Positions 26,701 through 35,700 of a stretch of 64,000 nt of DNA are shown in pieces (positions within the stretch are counted from its first letter, which is position 1; the number at the start of each line of letters is the position of its first letter). The notes beneath the pieces were generated by a model. The model worked only from the letters and a program-made list of their open reading frames with translations. It ran no database searches and was not told the DNA's origin. A program made the translations under genes and the position numbers. Source of the DNA: Schmidtea polychroa (taxonomy: Eukaryota); the NCBI GenBank assembly GCA_044892525.1, contig CM097888.1, positions 19,096,001-19,160,000 on the forward strand, given 5' to 3'.

Positions 26701-29700
26701 GTAAAGCATGCATTTTTATCGGAGGAAGTTGAATATTGATAGACGGTTTTGATTTTATAACAGTTTTGTTTAAATTGTTTATTTCAGTTTTATTAATATT
26801 TTCTTTTGATCGTTTTATTAATTCATTAGCTTTCTTGAAAGGTAGCAAGCCCGAGCCTTCAATAAAGGCAACCGTTTCGGCATTATTAATGCTTCGTCTA
26901 TAATAGATTCTACTGAATTTTCTTTGGCGATGCAAAAACCCTACAAACCATTGTTGAATTTTTATATGGTCAATTTTTAGTGGTCCATTGTTAAATCTGT
27001 TCTCAAATTTTTGTAAAGACTTCAAGTAAGAATTATAAATGTAATCTTTTCCAATACTCCAAAGTAACACTAAAGACTTGTTATACGAAATTGTAGTGTT
27101 ACTTTTGGTTAGGATTGTAACTGATCTAAAAATGAAATTAATTCAATTCAAAAGATAAATCAAAGAGTAAACTTCGAAATTGTTTCTGATATTATCACTA
27201 TTGGGTATTCAATATTCATTATATTTTTAATATCATTTATTAACTGAATTTTATTTTTAATTGTTAATGCCAAAAATGCATTCCTGCTAAATGTGAGTGC
27301 TGCTAAAAACATTTCCGATTCATAATTTTCAATATCAACTTTGTCAACATTTGCTAATTTACCCCACCAAGGATTTGAATGTTTGACAGTGATTATATAT
27401 TCTTGACTAGCGGTGCTTGATATAAGTAACCGTTCTCCAAGATTGTTTTCTAATGGAAGACCAATTAAAGTTTCGTTCATCCAGTACATCCAATCAGGCA
27501 GAGAGACCTTAAATGAATAAATTAAAATATTTTATACTAAACAACATTTTTGGATAGCTTATCTTTTATTTTCTTCATACATCATTAATAAACATTATTG
27601 AATAAAACATTATCTATAAATGTCTCGTTTTAATTTTATCAAGTACAATTTATGGAAAATGTTTTCTTATTTTTATTATCATGTATTCTTTGAAACCTAA
27701 ATAAAAGTACTAATAATTTTCCTAGAGAAAAAATAAAATAATTATTGGAAAATGATATAATTTTATTGGCATTTTAAAATCTCATATAATCAAAACAAAA
27801 GTAGTTAAAGTTTCATTAAAAGTAAAAAGACAACGAAAAAAATTTTAAAATAGTTTAGCCTTTTTTATTGATATTACTGATAATGATCTATTGTTATATA
27901 ACAATAATTACATTTATTTTTAAAATAATATCTCTAATTGTTTTAATTTATTAACTTTTGAAGATTAATTTGCATTTTCATGTTAAAATAATAATTGTAT
28001 ACGTCAAATATTTTTGCTTCTTGTTTTTCACGCTGAAATATTTTTTATCATTTCACACTTTTTAAAACATGGATTTCATTAAGATTTAAAATAAATTGAT
28101 TTTACTAATATTAAATTTGCGGTAAAAGGAAAACTAAAAATAAATTATTTATCTTGGAAATACATTAAAACAAGAAAATTGTAACTAACTAATCCAGCCG
28201 TCAGGTGGCAAAATGGAATTTTTTCACAAGTTAGAAAGAATATTCAAATTATATTATTTGTAAATGCTATATAATTTTTTTCGGAAGTTTAAGTTTTAGA
28301 ATTAAATAAATTGTTATTTGAACATTAAAAAAATTAGTAAAATATTTAAAATGAATAAAATATAAATTAGGTTTCAAAATGTCATAAACAATAATTATTA
28401 AAATTGATATTAAATATTTAATAATAATTTAAATTCAAAATTAAATCATATTAAAATAAAACATTTAATTTCAACTCACAAGATAAAACTGGAGTTGCTT
28501 TTTTATTTTTGAAAGAAAATATTACATGATTGACCGATATGGTTGACTAGTCAAATCATGTTTGTGACAGTCAGGTAAAATATTTTCAATCTTACATAAA
28601 AACTAAGTATAATAACTGTCAGCCTCTTTTTAATATTTTATTTAGTTTAAATAGTTAATTATATTTTGTCAATTAGTCAGAGTCAATTATCACAGAATAT
28701 AATATTGACGAATAATTAATCTATATAATCTAACAATACCAAAGATATTATAATACAGATAAATAATTTTACATTAAATTAATATTTATATTAATTAGGA
28801 TAAAAATAGATAAATTATTGGCACAAGGATGCAATAAATTGCGTTAAGTAAACAATTATTTAGAAATAATAGAACAATTAAAAATTATATTTTGGTGTCT
28901 AAATTGACTCAAAAAAGGACTTCCTCAGCCAAATAAAAAAATTCTCATAAATAATTAAAATATTTCGAGAAATTTCATTTAATAACCCGAAATCGGTGAT
29001 AAAGTCGGAGGAAGTCGGAGGAAATATAACGTTTTTAATAAATATCATAAAGGAAAATATTATAACTGTTTTGACAAGAAAATGTCACCCGTGTTTCAAA
29101 AACAAAATAGGTTATGAAAATTCTGATCTAGGATTCAGTTGAGATTGTGGAGATTTTAAAAAACTTTATAATAAAATATAAACGGAAAAAAAATTTTATC
29201 AAATTTATTAAAGAATTTCCTGTTGAAGAAAAAGAGATAATAAATAGGTTGAAAGAATTTAATTTTCTTTTCTATATAATCTATTATTATGTCAATTTAT
29301 TAAAAAGAGAGCTTGAAGACTATAAATCAGTAATATATCGATGTTTTTTTGATACTCGCGAATTTTCCGCACTGCCTTTCACTTGAAAAAGGCAATGCCG
29401 GAAATTCGTGAGTATCAATTAACATCGATATATTAGTGATTTATAGTCTTCAAGCTCTCTTTTTAATAAATTCAATAGAAAAAATAATCATTGGTGAATT
29501 TGAAAGAAATAAAAGTTCTTATAATATTATTATGTCATATTGAGAAAGAAGTTTTATAAATTTTGTATTTACCAGAGATCTTATGGTAAGTCACCTTGTA
29601 AATAACAATATAAATGTTCTGCTTCTGCACAATAAATATGAAATCAAATGTTTTTGTACAAAATTCTCTATTTATCTCATTACAAAAATAATAATAAAAA

Positions 29701-32657
29701 ATATAATAATATTAAAATTATATCAATAGTTCTGATATTAAAAGATTTTTATTTTTAAAAACTATATGTCGAAAAAGAAATTATTTCTTTGGATGTTTTT
29801 GACCTCCGAAGCTAATTTCTATTGAATTTTGTCTCAAGAAGTACAAGAGCAATTGAGACTACATTATATAAAATCATGATTAAAATTAACATTTATAAAT
29901 ACATTATTATTACAAAATTGTATTTAAAAATGTAAGTGTTAAAATATAATTTGTTTCATTAAGCTGTTGATTAAAACAAACTTAGGATTTAGTGTTTAGA
30001 CTTATTAAATAGATTTTATTTAATGCAGACTACAAAAGAATGTTTTAGTGATGGCTCTAGTTCTATGAGTCCCCATATAATTGAATTATTATAACTTATT
30101 GCGAAGTATTAATAAACTGTTTGGAAATCTAGTTCCAGAAAAATGACCAACAAAACTTTCTCTTTTAACTAGGTCAACGCGACATCAAATAAATCAAATA
30201 TTACGAGAATATATTGGGTCTTGAATTGGTTTCTCGCCTTCAACATTTTTAAAACTTTATCCCATCCAACCCGTTTGCTTCTTTCTATATTCCAAGGATG
30301 TCCCTGTAGTAAAGAATTACATCAAATCACGATGTCATTTCAAATGACAGTGGAAATATTGGTGAGTATGACAAAACTTATTTTTTGACAAGATGAAAAT
30401 ATTTAAAAAAAGTCTCTAGTGTGCAACCCTCAAAGAAAACTACCATGAAAAATAAAATATTTTTTTCCAAAATATGTATTTTCCCTGTCGGTTTTATCAA
30501 ACTTTTCAAACAACTTCTATTTTATATGACTAAAGAAGTATTGTTTTATAATAATAATTATTATATGCAAATATATATAATTTTGTTTAAAAAAAGAAAT
30601 GTCAAAGCTTTAATTAAATTTGTTTTAAGGATCCTATATTCAAACTTTATTCAAAGAGAAACTAAAACATATTTCGAAACATTTTCACTAAAAGCACTTA
30701 GATATTTCAAAAAAATACACTAGCCAACATTTATTAAGAGTTTGTTTAAAACGATAAATGATTTTTCCAATTCTTTTTAGTTTACAAGTGTCTACGACAT
30801 TTAATTTCCCTTTACCTTTAGTTAATTGACTTGTATATTCATGTCTAAATTTGATTATTTGTTCAATAAAACAAGTTTCGAAATTAGAACTACTGAGCCC
30901 ACGAAATGAAAGCAACAATATATTTTTCTGTTCATCAAAACAGTTCAAAGATAATTGAAAATTATATTAAAATAATTCTCTCTATCATTGATCTACAATT
31001 TGAAATAACTAATTTGATCAGTGACATTTTTTCTTTAATCTTTGCAGATCTTTTGAAACAAATACTTTGAACGAATTATCTAATTAGATGATTGAAACAA
31101 ATGCATTTCCACTCATCGGATTTGATCGCCTGCACTGAAAACAGAATAAAATCGGTTATGTTCGCCATCCAGACAAAAAAGGCCTCATTTGTCAAATTCA
31201 ATTATTTCAAAAAAATCGATCTAAATACGATGAAATTTTGTTTATTTGTATAATTATTTTTGTTTTAATTGACTCTTTCTATAAAAAATTTACAAATAAT
31301 TTTCTTTTACAAATTTCCCAACATTAAATTTATTAGAAAATATTTGACCATGAATCAGTAAAGATATCAATGTTTTTTTTGATATTCACAAATTTTCGGC
31401 GCGGTTTTTTTTTAAAAAAGGCTTGAAAAAAGCTTGAAAAAGGCTGTGCCGAAAATTTGTGAATATCAAAAAAAACATTGATATCTTTACTGATTCATAG
31501 TCAATTTTTTTTCTAATAAATACAAACGCCAATTGAAAAGAAATCAGATGTGAACATTGAAATAAGTCTTTAAAATTCCCAAAATTAGTTTTNNNNNNNN
31601 NNNNNNNNNNNNNNNNNNNNNNNNNNNNNNNNNNNNNNNNNNNNNNNNNNNNNNNNNNNNNNNNNNNNNNNNNNNNNNNNNNNNNNNNNNNNNNNNNNNN
31701 NNNNNNNNNNNNNNNNNNNNNNNNNNNNNNNNNNNNNNNNNNNNNNNNNNNNNNNNNNNNNNNNNNNNNNNNNNNNNNNNNNNNNNNNNNNNNNNNNNNN
31801 NNNNNNNNNNNNNNNNNNATTTTAATTAATTATAGTATATATGAGAACAATGTTGTTTATTTATGAAAACAATGTTTTCTTGAATTTGAAAAATTCACAT
31901 GACAAATTTTATTTTGTAGATCGAAAATGATTACAAAAAATAATATATAATAAAATATAAAAAAATGAAAATTCAAATAATTATGATTATTAAAATTTTT
32001 AACCTGGACGATAGTAAATAAAAGTTTGTTGTTTAAGTTCTTCTATAAAATCGACAGATTTAAAAATAAATTTTGAAACTTTATTGCTAATTTTGTCAAT
32101 TATTGACTTCATATTTATCACAAATTTGGTTATTTATTTTGTTACGAATCACTTAACTGGTACGAGGAAAGGTTTACACATTATTTTGATCTCATAAAAA
32201 AACAAAAAAAAAATCATAAAATTAATAAATTCCAATTTCCATTAGTTGTGAATTTATTAATTGAAAATCAAATATTATCACCTAATTTTATAATAAAATA
32301 TTTATTTTGTAATTTGAAAAATAAATATATTATTTGTCCTGTTTTTCTTTATGGCATGCTATTAGTGACAATCCCAGGGTAGTCAGATTATAGGAGGTCT
32401 CATAGCAAGTCTTCTTACACAGTACGGATGAAAAACAAATAAGCTCGAAACTAGTTTTCTATTAGAAATTACATCTAATAATGAAAATCATAATAATATT
32501 ATAAGAACTTTTTTCAATTTTAACCACTGATTTCATTTCAATTGATATTGTATTTATTAAAAAACATGACTATGAATCAGTAAATATATCGATGCTTTTG
32601 ATATTCACGAATTTTCGGCACTGCCTTTTTTAGTTGATTTTGATCCTAATTTTGATT

Positions 32658-32740
<83 letters not shown>

Positions 32741-35700
32741 CCATTTTTATTGAAAAATCTTTAATTCCACAATTAATTTGGCATAATAACAAAAATTGGG
32801 ACATAAGTAATTTAGTTTAATTTTATTTTTCTTTTATATTTTCTGGCAGACATTTCTTGAAAATTGATTTCGTAATTATACGGTAAAGATAATTTATAAT
32901 TAAGATTGATCTTCTTTTTCACGTAATCTCCAATTTAGCAAAAACAACTCAATTCTGTAGATGGTCGGCTAATTTAAATGCGGTTGTCAAAATTATGTCT
33001 GAGTTATGTTATAAAGCAATCAATTTATTACCGAAAGTTTTTTATTTTCTAACTTTCCTTACGTTTTATTGAGAATTTAATTGAGTTTGTTTTATTTCTT
33101 AAATTAATTTGCTCCTTATAAGACGTTATCGAATTGAAGTTTAATACAAAAAATAAATAAAAAGCAACATTTTCTGTTAGAAAATGCATTTGAAATTATA
33201 TTTCTTGTAGTTGGTGTCTTTTCTAGAATATTATAAATGTTAGTTTTCCAAGAATGTTGTATTTTCAATTAATAAAAACAAATTATAATATTCATTTAAT
33301 TTAACTGAAATTCAACAAATAATTTAAATTTTATGTCTATTTTTTTAAAACAAAAATGTATTCGGTAAAATATGTTATATTCTTTACACTAGTGATAAAT
33401 TATTTTCCGTTTTTTGGATATACCATTTATTTGGATATATTATTTTAAGAAAAGAAATTCTATAATTTTATTTATTGTTTTAATTATATTTAATTTAATT
33501 TTTGAATATTAATAATTTTTAAACAGACTAAGTTTTTCAGAACAAATTGTGGTAACTTGGGGTATCGGTAAAACATTGCTCATCAAAGAAAATATGTTAA
33601 ATATTGCGGAATCAAAATGATATTTTAGCTGTTAGAAATTTTGCTTTATTTTCTTATTATTCTCATTTTTACATTAATTGTGTAATTTTCGATAAAAATG
33701 ACCAATAACTATCAGAAGTTTCATGGGTGATAACTTAGAATGTCGTTTAGATATGTAAAAGAGCATAACCGTGAAAGTCATTGTTACTGAGGTGACAATT
33801 TAATAAATTCAATAAGGAATGTAACAAATATACAAATACATTTTTTACTCTTTGATAATTATTCTTGTGGTACTCTGATAAATGTAATTGTTAAGAAACT
33901 TCATAAAATTCTAATTTCAAGTTTTTGTATTTTTTTTGAAATTTAAGAAAATTTGTTGAAATAAATTTAACTATACAACCTTTTATCATTTTTTTCCGTA
34001 GATTTATTTAAAGTTTTTATTAAATAAATAAAATAAAGATAAAGAAAATTATAAAAAAAATTTAAATTTAAAATTAATATTTGTATTTATAATCTTTAAT
34101 TAAAATACTGCTTTTGGCCATTTTAAGTAATATAATATTTTTGTTTTATTACGTTGTTTAATTACATTAACACATTTTCAGAAGGTGTGATTTTTAAACA
34201 AATTTTTTCTTTAAATTATTTGTGTTAAAAGTATTGTTAACTTATTGGGAAATATAACTGGAAAGAAATGTTATTGAGGGTTTGAAGCATAATATTTGTT
34301 TAAAAATTTAATACAATTTGATAAAAGCAAACAAGTTACAGTTGAATGATCTTCAGATCATACATTTGTTGAAAGTTAATGCTCAATTATTAAATGAAGA
34401 AATTCTTTAATAACGAATCTCGAATATAGATGGGAAAATATCATGACAATTAAATTATTACCGAGAAATTATATAAAAATGAAAATCTAATTTCAGGGGA
34501 TTTCTTTTCCATTTATTCAATAACTTCAAAATTACAATATTTATCAAATATCTGCCAGTAAATATAAACAAATTATTAAATTTACCTAATCTTGAGATAT
34601 TTTATTTTTAAGTAGTCGTTTTATTTCAAATTTACACTCATTTCTTAAAAACAATTTCTTCAAATTTGTCATTAACAAAATTCCTTTTGTAAATAAAAAA
34701 ATATTTAAAGAAAATGATTTTGCTGGAAACTGGTAGATTGTTTTGACAGAAAATTTTCAATTAAAAATTTTATTCAATTAGAAATATTTTATTGCAGTTT
34801 AAAACGGCTGTAAAATTATTTTACTGAATTTTCTTTTCATGTAGTATTTTAGTCAGTGACATAAACTAACTTTGATTTTAACAATAATATTATACAATTC
34901 AAATGTAAAGAATACACAAAATGTATAATATAATAATTATATTGTCTATTAGAAGAACTTTCGATTTTAATCATTGATTTCTTTTCAATTGGGATTTTAT
35001 TTATAAATAAATTGACTATGAAATAAAAATCACTTGAAAAAGTCAATGCCGAAAATTCGTGAATATCTTAAAAGCATCGATATATTTACTGATTAATAGA
35101 CAATTTTTGTATAAATGCAAAATATATTATGAGAAATGTTAATTATTTGTTTTAAAGATTGAAAATTTTTAAAATCAATAACTTCTGAAAAGGTTTATAC
35201 ATAATTTCTGTCATGTAGGAATAAAAATTTCAAAATCTCTAATTTCTAAAGGTTTTACATATAGTATCTTGTAGAGAATTTAATTTTCTGTCAAAAAATA
35301 AAAAGGAAATAGGAAATTATCCCCTAGATCAATGGGGATATGGAAAATTTCAAAATTTGATATTGAACTGAAAATCAGAGACATTTGATTTCATTCATAT
35401 ATCAAAAAATTTGAAATTATATGTATTCATACGGTCTTTAATATCTAATCTATTTAAACAACATGTAAATTTTTTTTAACTTAATCCAATTATCAAAATT
35501 TCGCTCATTTTCGTTGATTTTACCGAATGTCTTTGAAATCGCGCTGCAGTGATATAACGCTTTGCAAAATATTATGGAGTGTGTTTGCAGTATTTATAAT
35601 AATNNNNNNNNNNNNNNNNNNNNNNNNNNNNNNNNNNNNNNNNNNNNNNNNNNNNNNNNNNNNNNNNNNNNNNNNNNNNNNNNNNNNNNNNNNNNNNNNN

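Noticed and set aside
23200-31140. Long frames broken only by isolated TAA codons (23200-23410, 30690-31130), suggesting stop-codon reassignment
   Set aside because: The 218-codon dystroglycan exon has no in-frame TAA/TAG and all eight Gln codons are CAA/CAG; isolated TAA stops are expected in AT-rich decayed DNA
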